Origin: Candidatus Latescibacterota bacterium
GTDB lineage: Bacteria; Latescibacterota; UBA2968; GCA-2709665
Direction: 5' to 3'
Length of the DNA stretch: 64,000 bases
Assembly (NCBI GenBank): GCA_965203805.1
Contig: OZ241917.1
Span: 5,120,001 to 5,184,000 of the forward strand
Shown: piece by piece, positions 18,283-28,626 of the stretch
How positions within the stretch are numbered: the stretch's first letter is position 1
Layout of the letters: each line of letters opens with the position of its first letter
The notes under the pieces: generated by a model
Database searches by the model: none
What the model saw: the letters and a program-made list of their open reading frames with translations, nothing else
What the model was told of the DNA's origin: nothing
Program-made: the position numbers and the translations under genes

Positions 18283-20270
18283 GCCGTCACCTCCCGCAGC
18301 AACCGCATGATCTTCTCTTCGGCCTGCTTCAGATCCGCGTCGATTTCCTCCAGAGGGCGCGGCGGCGTGTACTTGTAGAAGTGGCGGTTGAAGTTGATCT
18401 CGTACCCTATCTTGTCCTTGCTTCTGTCCATCCAGGCTTCGGGGACATGGGGGCGGACCTCACGCTCAAAGTAGGCGTCGACGTCCTCGGCAAGCGGCAC
18501 GTTCTCGAAATCTCGAAGTTCGGCGTCGGGCTCGTATTCGTTCTCTCGGCCATCCTTCCTGACCGGCTCGCAGTCCAGATCTTTCTCAGTAAAGACATCA
18601 CGGAACAGCCTCTGTTCTACCTTCTTCCAACGCGATCGGCGCTTATGCAGGAGAGCGCTGATATTTTCCCAGGTCGCATTCCAGTCGCGCTGGGGCTCGC
18701 GTCCCAACACCTTATCGATGTCCTGGACGTCATCCAGCAAGTACGGACATGCGTCCAGGAAACGCGCTTTGTCTTCAAAGGTCATCTGATAGCGCAGACG
18801 CAAGGGGCGCTCCACGGTCACGCGAGTATAGCCGAAGTCCTCGTTGGCGAAAATCTTCGAGCGATCACACTCCTCGAACCGTCCGTAAAGTCGCACAATC
18901 TCCCCGGTATGTTCCGCGCGGATGTGCCGGCGTTTGTCGCCGAGACTGCGCCTGTTATCGTCACTTCCCCCCGCCGTCCACATCTCGCGGGCGTCGACCA
19001 GCTGAATCTTCCCGGTTCGGTTATCCTCCTTACGGTTTGTGACGATCCAGATATAGGTGCCGATGCCCGTATTGTAGAACATCTGCTCAGGCAGGGCGAT
19101 GATGGCCTCCAGCCAGTCATTTTCGATGATCCACTTGCGAATGTCGCTTTCGCCGGATCCGGCGCCGCCGGTGAAGAGGGGCGAGCCGCTGAACACAATC
19201 GCAAGGCGAGAACCATGCTTGTGCTCCTCCAGACTCAAGGGTTCGAACTTTCGGACCATGTGCTGCAGGAAAAGCATCGATCCATCGTTTACGCGGGGCA
19301 GTCCTGCGCCGAAACGGCCCGCGAATCCAAGCTTGTCGTGCTCATTGCGCACCTCGTTGCGTTGTTTTTTCCAGTCCACCCCGAAGGGCGGATTGGTAAG
19401 AAAGTAGTCAAAGGTCTCTCCGTCGAATTGGTCTTGCGTCAAACTGTCGCCGAACCGGACGTTGTCGCCGCCGCCGTTGTGGTCGACCTGCTTCATCAGC
19501 GTGTCCGAAGCGGCAGTGGCAAAGGCGCGCTGGTTATAATCCTGTCCGTAGACGTACAGCCGCGTAGCGCTGTGGTGCTCCCGCTGGTAATTCTGCGCTT
19601 CGGCCAACATGCCGCCCGTGCCGCAGGCGGGGTCGAGGAGCTTGCGCACGACACCTGGCGTTGCGAGAAGCTCATCGTCGTTAATGAACAGAATGTTCAC
19701 CATCAGCCTGATGACGTCACGCGGCGTGAAGTGATCGCCCGCGGTCTCGTTTGCCAGTTCATTGAACCGACGGATCAGATGCTCGAAGAGGAGCCCCATC
19801 TGCTCGTTGGGAACCCGGTCCGGGTGCAGATCCACGTCGCAGAACTTCGATACGATCAGATAGAGGAGGTTGGCCTCCTGCATCTTCTCGATTTCAGTCT
19901 CGAACTCGAAGTACTCGAAGATGTCGCGCACGTTTTTCGAGAAACCATGGATGTAACTGACAAGGTGTTGGGCGACATTGTCCGGATCGCCCTTGAGTTT
20001 CTCAAAGCTGAGCGGTGAGCGGTTGTGGAAACGCTCATTGGCAGCCCTGTTCAACCTGGCTTCGAGCGCGCGACCCCTGAACCTGCCGCGAGAGCGTTCG
20101 TACTCAGCGAGCACGCCGGACCTGGTCGGTTCGAGCACGCAGTCAAATCGGCGCAACACTGTCATGGGCAACATCACGCGCTCGTACTGCGGCGGCCGAT
20201 ACGGCCCACGCAGCAGGTCGGCGATGTGCCAGATCAGGTTCGCGAAGTAACTGTGGTCAAGTGTCTTCAC
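18279..20270 (-). CDS. hsdM: Type I R-M N6-adenine methyltransferase
   Basis: HFTPRDVI, DPACGTGG (motif I), TNPPFG (motif IV), C-term IGYEINF. Confidence 0.95.
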   Translation of the reverse strand: MKTLDHSYFANLIWHIADLLRGPYRPPQYERVMLPMTVLRRFDCVLEPTRSGVLAEYERSRGRFRGRALEARLNRAANERFHNRSPLSFEKLKGDPDNVAQHLVSYIHGFSKNVRDIFEYFEFETEIEKMQEANLLYLIVSKFCDVDLHPDRVPNEQMGLLFEHLIRRFNELANETAGDHFTPRDVIRLMVNILFINDDELLATPGVVRKLLDPACGTGGMLAEAQNYQREHHSATRLYVYGQDYNQRAFATAASDTLMKQVDHNGGGDNVRFGDSLTQDQFDGETFDYFLTNPPFGVDWKKQRNEVRNEHDKLGFAGRFGAGLPRVNDGSMLFLQHMVRKFEPLSLEEHKHGSRLAIVFSGSPLFTGGAGSGESDIRKWIIENDWLEAIIALPEQMFYNTGIGTYIWIVTNRKEDNRTGKIQLVDAREMWTAGGSDDNRRSLGDKRRHIRAEHTGEIVRLYGRFEECDRSKIFANEDFGYTRVTVERPLRLRYQMTFEDKARFLDACPYLLDDVQDIDKVLGREPQRDWNATWENISALLHKRRSRWKKVEQRLFRDVFTEKDLDCEPVRKDGRENEYEPDAELRDFENVPLAEDVDAYFEREVRPHVPEAWMDRSKDKIGYEINFNRHFYKYTPPRPLEEIDADLKQAEEKIMRLLREVTA

Positions 20271-20487
20271 GATAGTCCAAGGCGATAAGTGAAGGAAAAT
20301 TAACGATATCGTAGGTCAGTCCGAATTGCTCAATCGAAACTGAGACAAAGCAGAGGTCGTAATCACCGAGGGGCTGCATTTCCTGACACGTCAATGGAAG
20401 GTCCCACCTCATTGTGGTTTATCGAGGAGCATTTGCCTAGGCTGTATTCGCTTAGGCGAGGATAAATAACGTGCCCGACCGGCGACC

Positions 20488-23166
20488 TCACCAGCCATCC
20501 TTGGAAAATAGCGATCGTACGGGTTCGAGTCGTTTCGGTAGCCTATTCCTGCAGGTGATACCCAGATATGTCGCAGCCCGTGTAGCGCCGACATAGAAGA
20601 AACGGTGAAATAGCTCTGGCTCAACTTCAGCAAAGTCATCCAATCCGATAAAGAACACGGCCTCGAATTCAAGTCCCTTGATATGCCGCACGTCGAACAC
20701 TCGGACCTCCTGAGCGTCACCCATTATCCGTCCTTCAGGGCATCCGACGATTTCTATGCTACGATCTCGGAGGGGATCTATTGCCGCCTCAACAGTGGGC
20801 CCGATTCTGTCGTCGCCATTTACAAATACGGCGATGGATGGTAGCGCTCCGAGAGCCTTCTCAATCTCACTGACCCTCAGAGCAAGCCAGGAAGATGCTA
20901 CCGAATCATTGGCACCCTCCAGGAGAAGGGGCGGAGTATCATCCTGATACGCCGAGTGTTTCCTATCCCTCAGTCTTGCTATATCGGGATTGATCGCTTT
21001 TGAAAACTCTCGCAACCGCTCGCTCTGCCGGTAGGGGATTTCCACATTTCTGAGTTCTATCGCCGATTCGGTTCCACATGTCTTCTCAATCCATCGAAGT
21101 TCGGACTCGGAACCAATACCGGTGAGGGTAATTCGTTGCCGGAAATCCCCACATGCGAACCACGATCGAAGGATTGGGTGAGAGAGTTCCATCAGGCCAG
21201 CTAACTGCACTGCGGAAAAATCCGTCGCCTCATCGACATAGACCTGTGGGACATAGCAGTCGGTGATCGGCGACAACCAATCGGGTGTCGCACTTCTTCC
21301 CAATTCCTCTTGAATTTTCCGAGCATTTCGCAGAGACAGAAGAATCAGAACGTCCACTTCATCGCCCGAGATTGAACCGATACGTTCCCCGATATCTGCC
21401 ACATAGAGTTCCGGGTGGCGCCTACGAAACTGCGAATAGGACCCCGCTACATCGAACACCCAGCGCCGGGGTGCAGCTATTAGTACCCTGAGCGCACGGC
21501 GCAGCAGGATCCGGTGCCCCATCTTGGATGCAGTGTCTGACGAGGGTAATAGTCCTTCCATGACGGACGCTACTTCCCTGGCACGTCTCCGCGGTGACGC
21601 ACCGATAGCCGCACTTGTGGCGCAGTTTCTTAATGTGCGAATCAGGAGGTCGGCAGCACGCCTGTTCAATGTTGCCTCGGAGTCAGCCTCTGAAGGGGGG
21701 GATTCCTGTAATTCGTCATCGGGTTCGCTATCGTCGTCGGTCTCCTCCTCAATCAGGTTGGCCTCGACGAGAAAAGGATGCAGTTGCTCCAAGATCGTCG
21801 GCTTCGCCCGCAGGATTCGGTTTGCTTCTTTGTCGGTCCACTCCCTTGTCTGTGCTTGGATTCGCGATTCAACTTCCAACAATAGGTCAGGAGACGGACA
21901 CAGTCGCCGAAGAACTTCCAGCGGGCTCCGATTCTCAAGGCGTAGGCGATCTGTCAGGAGCGTTTTCAACTCCTGGCTTTCCTCTTCCTCTGTTCCAACG
22001 ATTCTACCAACTGCGTCTCTACAGCGGCCGGCTATGCGCGCCAAGTGAAACTCGGCGAATGTGTCGTACAGATTCGAGATCGACAGACTCGTTGGGCTTT
22101 GAAGAATCGCTCTGCGGTCCTCACGAAAACGGCCGCGCGATTCCGTTCTGAGTATCGGGATTACGTCTCTGCCAATACGCCGGCGCTCACGTTGCCATGT
22201 TTTCAGTTGGTGACGCCAAGCTGGTACTCCTTCACGGTTGAACGCGTCCCGCAGATAAAACGTAAGTAGCTCGGTCGGTGCAAACATGGCCCATCCATCA
22301 TTGGCAGCAAACCGCTCGGCGAGTGCTGTAGATTCTACGAGGTCCAATTCTTCGCGTGGAAGTTCTGACAGCGTCTGTTTCTGTGCGATGCGTTTGATAA
22401 GTGTGGTGGTCTTTCCGGTTCCGGGCTGCCCCAGCAGTAAGACACGACGATCCAAGGGCAAACGGAATACCTCACCCTGATATCTGTCCAGGATAGGCTG
22501 GTCCCGTAGCGCAATCCGGTCAATTGCGTTTCTGTATCTTTCGAGACGTACGTTATCCGCCTCCTTCGCTAGGGCGTAGACGGCGTCTAGCGGCGCATCC
22601 GTAGTGAATCGCTCCAGATCCTCGACAAAGCGGCGGATTGACGCAATTGTAAATCTTCTCCAAGCCTCAACCTCGTAAGAGCAGTCTTCTGCATCCCATA
22701 GTCCGTGTGAAGGGACTGGTGTCCATCCTTGCCGTTCAGCTATTTTACCCTTACGATCTTTGCCCGCGATGCGCACGGAGGCGATTTGACCTAGCTCAAA
22801 TTCAGCTAGCCGTCCCAAGGGAGATCTGTAGGACGCTAGGCGGACTCCATCAATCTCCGGTGCGCCCGCTGAAGCTCCACGGCAGACTAGAAGCGTCTGG
22901 CAATCTTGGCTCGGTCCTTGCCACTGGACTACGATTCGTGCGATCGCTGGTTCCGTCCGGAGCAACTCTGCTTCTTTGCGAACTTCAGCCAATGATTGCA
23001 AAATAGCGAAGCGTGTGGTTTCATACGACCCACCCTCTGCTCTCTGTTCACGCTTTAGCTGGATATCAGCCCATTGGGCGATTTCTTCCAGTGCGCCTAG
23101 AAGCCAGTGTCCGACCTTTTCGATGTGATCGCGCTGCTCGTGAGAGAGATTCGTTGGCTCTGTCAT
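20488..23166 (-). CDS. SF1 helicase-like ATPase with HelD-like N-terminus
   Basis: EPAIARI and YRSPLGRL (HelD-like), GQPGTGKTT, DEATDFS, GDFRQR, YRQS, IKGLEFEAV, YVGATRA. Confidence 0.7.
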   Translation of the reverse strand: MTEPTNLSHEQRDHIEKVGHWLLGALEEIAQWADIQLKREQRAEGGSYETTRFAILQSLAEVRKEAELLRTEPAIARIVVQWQGPSQDCQTLLVCRGASAGAPEIDGVRLASYRSPLGRLAEFELGQIASVRIAGKDRKGKIAERQGWTPVPSHGLWDAEDCSYEVEAWRRFTIASIRRFVEDLERFTTDAPLDAVYALAKEADNVRLERYRNAIDRIALRDQPILDRYQGEVFRLPLDRRVLLLGQPGTGKTTTLIKRIAQKQTLSELPREELDLVESTALAERFAANDGWAMFAPTELLTFYLRDAFNREGVPAWRHQLKTWQRERRRIGRDVIPILRTESRGRFREDRRAILQSPTSLSISNLYDTFAEFHLARIAGRCRDAVGRIVGTEEEESQELKTLLTDRLRLENRSPLEVLRRLCPSPDLLLEVESRIQAQTREWTDKEANRILRAKPTILEQLHPFLVEANLIEEETDDDSEPDDELQESPPSEADSEATLNRRAADLLIRTLRNCATSAAIGASPRRRAREVASVMEGLLPSSDTASKMGHRILLRRALRVLIAAPRRWVFDVAGSYSQFRRRHPELYVADIGERIGSISGDEVDVLILLSLRNARKIQEELGRSATPDWLSPITDCYVPQVYVDEATDFSAVQLAGLMELSHPILRSWFACGDFRQRITLTGIGSESELRWIEKTCGTESAIELRNVEIPYRQSERLREFSKAINPDIARLRDRKHSAYQDDTPPLLLEGANDSVASSWLALRVSEIEKALGALPSIAVFVNGDDRIGPTVEAAIDPLRDRSIEIVGCPEGRIMGDAQEVRVFDVRHIKGLEFEAVFFIGLDDFAEVEPELFHRFFYVGATRAATYLGITCRNRLPKRLEPVRSLFSKDGW

Positions 23167-23670
23167 AGAGATACTCGTATCACCTATGCGACGTTCGGTG
23201 TTGCGTTTCCTTAAAATCAGCCAGGACGGGTCTTTCGCGCTCTTCAGTCGAACTGTAGTACCGGGGTCATTAAGTTCAGAACACAATTAACCTTGATTCA
23301 TCATTTTTCGGTCACGTGAAATCGTATATATGCAAGTTAATAAAGGCGATTTAACTGCTGATTTCCATGATCCTTCAGGTCACTGGACGTGAACGGAAAA
23401 AATATCCATTTGGATGCCCTTCTCGGCCCAATCCGGAAGGTCTTGTCGCGGGAGCAGCGATGCTCCTTTTGTCGAATTAAGGTTAATCTGACCCGGTGGC
23501 ATTGACCTCGCTTTAGGTTGGCGATCTGCGAGATCACATATGCAGAATCGCATCCTGTCAGATTCGAATACAATATTCCCTCGGAAGTGTGCGTTGTGAT
23601 AATTTCAGCATATGGTAATTCAATCTGGGGAAAAATGGCGCATTCCATTCTGAGGATCGAATAGACCTGC

Positions 23671-23829
23671 TCAAAGCGATAACGCTACAGCGTAGCAGAT
23701 CGCCGCCTGGACGGCTTCGCGCGAGACCGACGGATAGCTCATCGTAATCTAGTCGGGATCCAGACTGGAAGCCAGATTGTCAAGAACCGTGGTCACCAGG
23801 ACGCGCGTACCGGCGATGCACGCGATGTT
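23671..23829 (-). pseudogene. DUF433 antitoxin-like pseudogene
   Basis: ACIAGTRVLVTTVLDNLASSLDPD*ITMSYPSVSREAVQAAICYA: DUF433 pattern with in-frame TAG; 5' end lost at the AT-rich boundary. Confidence 0.7.
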
Positions 23830-23913
23830 CCGGTTTTCAAAAATCGCTTGACAAGGGATACAGAAATAATGATCATTAATTGTGAATAATGATATATAAT
23901 CAAGGAGACTTTC

Positions 23914-24474
23914 ATGCTCAAAACGATTGAATTTCCAGCTTTTAGTCAAACATGGATAGATTCCACCACACCTTTAATACGTAAGCAAAAAGACGTACAA
24001 CAACAAATGAATGAATTATTGTCAGAACCTGTTAGAGAAATAATACAAAACTTTTATGATTTAAATGACTCTTTAAAGCAAGGAATAAAAAAGGAGTTTG
24101 AATTTTATCAACGGCTTAAGACTTTTGATGATAACACAATCCGACAATTAAATTTAGATAAGCAGGAATTTGCTAAGTTAGATAATATTTATGTTAATTT
24201 AAAAAATAGACAATCCCAATATAAACAACTTAAGAATAATGTGATTGATACTATTTCTGAATTACAGTCTATCATAAAGGCAACGCCAGCTCTATGGAAA
24301 GAATCAACACAATTAAACAAAATAAAACGTAATATTAATCGAAATCTAAATCACATAATTGCCTTATCGCAAGAATCAAATTGGATCTTATCTATAATTA
24401 TCGATACTCAGTGCTCAGAGCGTAGTGAGGTATATGACTCCGCCCATAAGGCACTAGAAGCCTTGTGGGAGTAA
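23914..24474 (+). CDS. AT-rich helical/coiled-coil hypothetical protein (putative antitoxin partner)
   Basis: AAGGAG RBS, markedly AT-rich codons, directly upstream of a RelE-like gene. Confidence 0.6.
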   Translation: MLKTIEFPAFSQTWIDSTTPLIRKQKDVQQQMNELLSEPVREIIQNFYDLNDSLKQGIKKEFEFYQRLKTFDDNTIRQLNLDKQEFAKLDNIYVNLKNRQSQYKQLKNNVIDTISELQSIIKATPALWKESTQLNKIKRNINRNLNHIIALSQESNWILSIIIDTQCSERSEVYDSAHKALEALWE

Positions 24475-24479
24475 CACAG

Positions 24480-24773
24480 ATGCTGTATAAACCTCTGGAG
24501 TCATTAAATCAAATTGCCTTTAGTCCTCGGGCGAAAAGACAACTACGGAAGTTACGCAGTCATATTGAAGGGACATTCGATAAAGCCTTATACGAACTAC
24601 AAACAGGAGAATTATCTTACGGTCGTGAATTTAAGAAAGATCAATTCTTCTATACTATTCGATTAAATGACAATTATCGAATAGCTTTTACTATCGAAGA
24701 AGAAATACTACACATAAGATGCGTCGGCCCACATTCAACTATTGATCGCTATAGAAAAATTGGTGAATTATAG
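24480..24773 (+). CDS. RelE/ParE-family toxin
   Basis: IAFSPRAKRQLRKL...YTIRLNDNYRIAF...IRCVGPH. Confidence 0.75.
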   Translation: MLYKPLESLNQIAFSPRAKRQLRKLRSHIEGTFDKALYELQTGELSYGREFKKDQFFYTIRLNDNYRIAFTIEEEILHIRCVGPHSTIDRYRKIGEL

Positions 24774-25327
24774 ACCATAATTAAATAACCCCCCCAAAAA
24801 TCCCCGCCACAGATCCCCCTCCTCCCGCCGATAAAACTGATAACCCGCCTCTGGCAGATACTGTTCCGCCATTCCTCACTGTATCGGTGGTGAGTATCAT
24901 ACGCTTGACCTGCTCCCAGAGATGTTCCAAACTCCAAAATACTTTCTCACTTACTTCGTGTTTGAAGTACCAGTCCGAAATGTTGAATAGGGTGTTTCGA
25001 CTGGCGCAACTGCCCATCATCAGGCGAATGCAGATTCAGCCCGACAATCTACACGTCCCCTATAGACGCACCGGTCGATGGGCTCCGACGACCCCAATTT
25101 GGATTGTTTTTGACCTGAATTATCCGTGAAAACCGGTTGATTCTCAATGACGTTTGCGGAGAGTATACCGAAAACCCTGAAGAGTCCGAATGGGGCCGGC
25201 AAACGCAACATTGAGGTTTCATGGTGGCCGCAGTAACGATTTGCGCTCTATGTGAATCGACTCACTGCCGTTCCTCGTCTTCTCGTGCTTTTCTCGCGTT
25301 CCAGGCTTTTTCCTGCTCCTGGTTTCT

Positions 25328-25412
25328 AATCCTGCTTAATCCAGCAAATCCTGTAAATCCTGATCGGTTTTCATCCTGCCTGCCTGTGCCGTGCCCGGCA
25401 CGGCAGACAGGT
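25328..25412. repeat. AATCCTG-type short tandem repeats plus GC-rich palindrome
   Basis: aatcctgctt/aatccagca/aatcctgta/aatcctga units; tgccgtgcc-c-ggcacggca hairpin downstream of the larA-like gene. Confidence 0.55.
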
Positions 25413-25465
25413 CCATCCTGTGCATCCATGTAAGTTCCGTCTTATAAGTTGAAGGGGTTACACCC

Positions 25466-26764
25466 TCAATCTGCGGGGACCAGTTCCGGCGCTTTGCGCG
25501 CGAAGACGTCGATGGGCGGGAGGTTGCGGTCGGGGCCGAGTTCGAGCTGGCGCGGGCCGACCAGGATGTCCAGGTTGTCGCGCATTTCGGCCATGTCCAG
25601 GTAGGCGGTGGAGGCTTCGACTTCACCCAGGTCGAGGGTATTCTTGATCCAGAGCACTTTGGCGTCGCACGGCTCGATGAGCCCGATGGATTCCAACCCG
25701 ATCTGCAGGACTTCCTCGTCGGTAGGGAAGTGCATGGGGATGGACGCGGCGGGCGGATGCTGCCCGGTAATGGCGTTGATGTTCGTCGCATAATGGTCGA
25801 TCTTCTCCACCAGCCGGTCCGTGGTGAATTCGGCCATGCCGACGCCTACGGCGTTGCCATGGGTCTTTTCCGTGAGGTCCCGGACGAAGATCCGCAGCAC
25901 GCGGGGCGTGTCGCCGTCCATCGCCCGGCGTTCGTTGCGCTTGCGCCCCACCACGTTGGTATCGATGCCGGAGCCGCTGATGTCTTTGCCCATCTCGTCG
26001 ATGATCAGCAGGTCCACGTCGTCGAAGGGCAGGCGGGGGCACCATTCCTTCGCTTTGACCAGAAGCGCCTTCTCGGCGCTTTCGAAGTCGGCGGCGGGAA
26101 CGGCGGCAATCTGCGCGGTTTCGTCGTAGCCGTTTTCGAGCAGGGCGACGCCGAACGTGATGGGCATTTTTTCCCGGACGGACTTGCCCACAACGCGAAC
26201 GATCTTGTCGAACGAGTGGTGGATGATGGCGCGGTGGTAGATCGTTGCGCCCTTGTGTTTGCCGAGGCCGATGAGCATCATTTTCATCAGGCCGCTCTCG
26301 ATCTCGCCCACAAAGCCCGTGTGGGGCTTTACGCGGTTGACGACGACCACGTGGTCGGCCTCGGAGGCGCACTTGTCGAAATAGACCGGCATGCCGAAGT
26401 CGGTGACGTCGATCTCGACAACGTCCATGGAGGATCTGACGGGCGCGCCGACCGTTTCTTCGGTAATGCCGTATTCGGCCAGGATCCCGGCCTGGCCTTC
26501 GGCCGTGCCGCCGCCGTGGCTGCCCATCGCCGGGACGATAAAGGGCCGTGCGCCCAGCGCGACCATCTCTTCGACGATCGTCGCAATGACTGTGTCCAGG
26601 TTCGCGATGCCCCGCGATCCCGCGGCGATCGCGACGGTATGTCCGGGCTTAATGGTGTCACCGGGGTTGAGGTTTCGGATTTCGCGACGGGTATCGCACG
26701 GTATGTCGTCCACGCGCGGCGCGTCGAACCGCTGGCGAAGTCGAAACATGTGGGGGTATTGCAT
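25466..26764 (-). CDS. Lactate racemase (LarA/DUF2088) superfamily protein
   Basis: AGSRGI, PAMGSHGG, RVKPHTGF, ESGLMKM..IGLGK, GKDISGSG. Confidence 0.75.
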   Translation of the reverse strand: MQYPHMFRLRQRFDAPRVDDIPCDTRREIRNLNPGDTIKPGHTVAIAAGSRGIANLDTVIATIVEEMVALGARPFIVPAMGSHGGGTAEGQAGILAEYGITEETVGAPVRSSMDVVEIDVTDFGMPVYFDKCASEADHVVVVNRVKPHTGFVGEIESGLMKMMLIGLGKHKGATIYHRAIIHHSFDKIVRVVGKSVREKMPITFGVALLENGYDETAQIAAVPAADFESAEKALLVKAKEWCPRLPFDDVDLLIIDEMGKDISGSGIDTNVVGRKRNERRAMDGDTPRVLRIFVRDLTEKTHGNAVGVGMAEFTTDRLVEKIDHYATNINAITGQHPPAASIPMHFPTDEEVLQIGLESIGLIEPCDAKVLWIKNTLDLGEVEASTAYLDMAEMRDNLDILVGPRQLELGPDRNLPPIDVFARKAPELVPAD

Positions 26765-26851
26765 GGTGGGCCTCCGGTGGTCGAGGTCGACAATCAGAAA
26801 AAGGGTAACCTATTGCGGGCCGTGCCGCCGTCGATCGGATTCGACGAAAAT

Positions 26852-28009
26852 TCACATGGCGGCTTCGTACAGCGCAACGATGTCCTTAAGTGTGGTGTGC
26901 CGCGGGTTGATCTGGATATTTCCGCTCTTCATCGCGTCTTCCGCCAGTACGGAGATTCCTTCGGGCGCCACGCCGACGTCGGTAAGGGTTTCAGGGATGC
27001 CGACTTCCGCCGACAGCGTTTTCACGGCTTCCACGGCCACGTCGGCGGCTTCCATGGGCGAAAGGCCGTCGATGTCTTCGCCGAGTGCAGCCGCGACGTC
27101 GGCGAATCGTTCCGGGCACGCGACCTTGTTGAAGTCCATCACCCGGGTGAGCAGGATGGCGTTGGCGACGCCGTGAGGGACGCCGTAGTGCCCGCCCACG
27201 GGGTGGGACATCGCGTGTACGTTGCCCAGGCGCGTCTGCGAAAAGGCGATGCCGGCCATATTGCTTGCCAGAAGCATCTGTTCGGTGGCTGCGTAATTGT
27301 GGTGGCTGGCGGCGGCCTGCCGGAGGTTTTCCGCAATCAGCCGGATGGCATGCAGCGCCAGGCCGTCGGAGATGGGGTTGGAGGCAAGCGCCACGTAGGA
27401 TTCCACGGCGTGGGTGAGCGCGTCCATCCCCGTGGCGGCGGCGATCGGCATCGGCAGGGCGACGGCCGCATTGGCGTCCAGGATGCCCACGTCCGGAATC
27501 ACGTGAGGACCGCCTACCCCTGCCTTGAAGTGGTTGTCGTCCGTCACGACGGCGAACGGGGTGACTTCGCTGCCCGTGCCGTAGGTCGTGGGTACGCACA
27601 GCAGAAAGGGCACGCGTTTCCGCCCCTGCAACAAACCGACGTGGTCTTCAATTCTGCCGCCGTTGGATGCGAGGACGCCGGCGCACTTGGCCGTGTCCAT
27701 CGAAGACCCCCCGCCAATGGCCAGCAGCCAGTCGCAACCCTGTGACTCGTACAGGTCGAAACAGGCCTGAATGACGTGTACCGGCGGGTTTTCTTCCACG
27801 CCGTCGTAAACCACAAACGGGATCCCGGCGGCCTCCAGGACACCGGTGGCCCGCTGTGCCACACCTGCTTTGACAAGGCCCTTGTCGGTGACGACGAGGG
27901 CTTTTTTTTCACTGCGATCGGATAGTATCCGGGGGATTTCAGACACGCTGCCACGGCCCACGATAAGCCGGGTGGGGGAGTGGAAGGTGAAGCAGTTTTG
28001 CGCCGTCAC
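26852..28009 (-). CDS. Iron-containing alcohol dehydrogenase
   Basis: GGGSSMD, PTTYGTGSE, DALTHAVE, HAMSH, HGVAN. Confidence 0.92.
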   Translation of the reverse strand: MTAQNCFTFHSPTRLIVGRGSVSEIPRILSDRSEKKALVVTDKGLVKAGVAQRATGVLEAAGIPFVVYDGVEENPPVHVIQACFDLYESQGCDWLLAIGGGSSMDTAKCAGVLASNGGRIEDHVGLLQGRKRVPFLLCVPTTYGTGSEVTPFAVVTDDNHFKAGVGGPHVIPDVGILDANAAVALPMPIAAATGMDALTHAVESYVALASNPISDGLALHAIRLIAENLRQAAASHHNYAATEQMLLASNMAGIAFSQTRLGNVHAMSHPVGGHYGVPHGVANAILLTRVMDFNKVACPERFADVAAALGEDIDGLSPMEAADVAVEAVKTLSAEVGIPETLTDVGVAPEGISVLAEDAMKSGNIQINPRHTTLKDIVALYEAAM

Positions 28010-28121
28010 GATGCGTACTCCTTAATAAAGTACAGTAGAAACAGGAACTGTGCTTACGTAATTTAGGCGTTACGTCAAGTGTGGACAAGCAGATTCAGCG
28101 GTCAGGAAAAGCAGCGAAGAG

Positions 28122-28227
28122 CAGCTGTCAGCCTTCAGCCGTCAGCAAAGATCAAAAACGACAATCAGCTCACACAAAGACACGAAGACACAAAGAGAAA
28201 CAGAGCGGTCAGCCGACAGCCGTCAGC
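28122..28227. repeat. TCAGCNN heptamer arrays and 9-mer ACACAAAG repeats
   Basis: ctgtcagccttcagccgtcagc; gtcagccgacagccgtcagc; cacaaagacacgaagacacaaag. Confidence 0.7.
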
Positions 28228-28372
28228 TCGAAGCAAAGACAAACAGCGAAAGACAAACGACGGAACCACCGCGAATCCGTGCGGGCGGTGGCAGATTCCG
28301 CGCTTGAAGGTGAAGCGATGTCGTTGTGCAGACCTAAAGCAGTCCTAACAAATGTACGGTTGTGGAGTGGGG

Positions 28373-28541
28373 GGTTTTTCCGTGCTAATCCGTCCGCCAA
28401 CATCGTTCGGGATGGGCGGTTTCGGTGAAAGGGCAATCAATATCCAATTGCGCCACTGAGGTGGTTCACGGAAAAACCGGCCCCGCGCCGAGCGGCGCCG
28501 TTCTTTTTGGTCCTTTTTCTTGGGCGTACAAGAAAAAGGAC
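28373..28541. repeat. Structured intergenic element (12-bp IR plus 13-bp perfect hairpin)
   Basis: ggtttttccgtg 28373-28384 / cacggaaaaacc 28467-28478; gtcctttttcttg-ggcgta-caagaaaaaggac 28510-28541. Confidence 0.6.
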
Positions 28542-28626
28542 GAAGAGAAAATGAAAGTTGGTTGGAGAGGTAAAGCGTTGTTCCCCAATAGTTTAGTTCC
28601 ATAGGATGTCTGGTCCCTGACCCGAG

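Noticed and set aside
24781-25250. Possible IS or gene remnant at the island's right edge
   Set aside because: Short ORFs with no recognisable transposase/integrase motifs, inverted repeats or tRNA att site.
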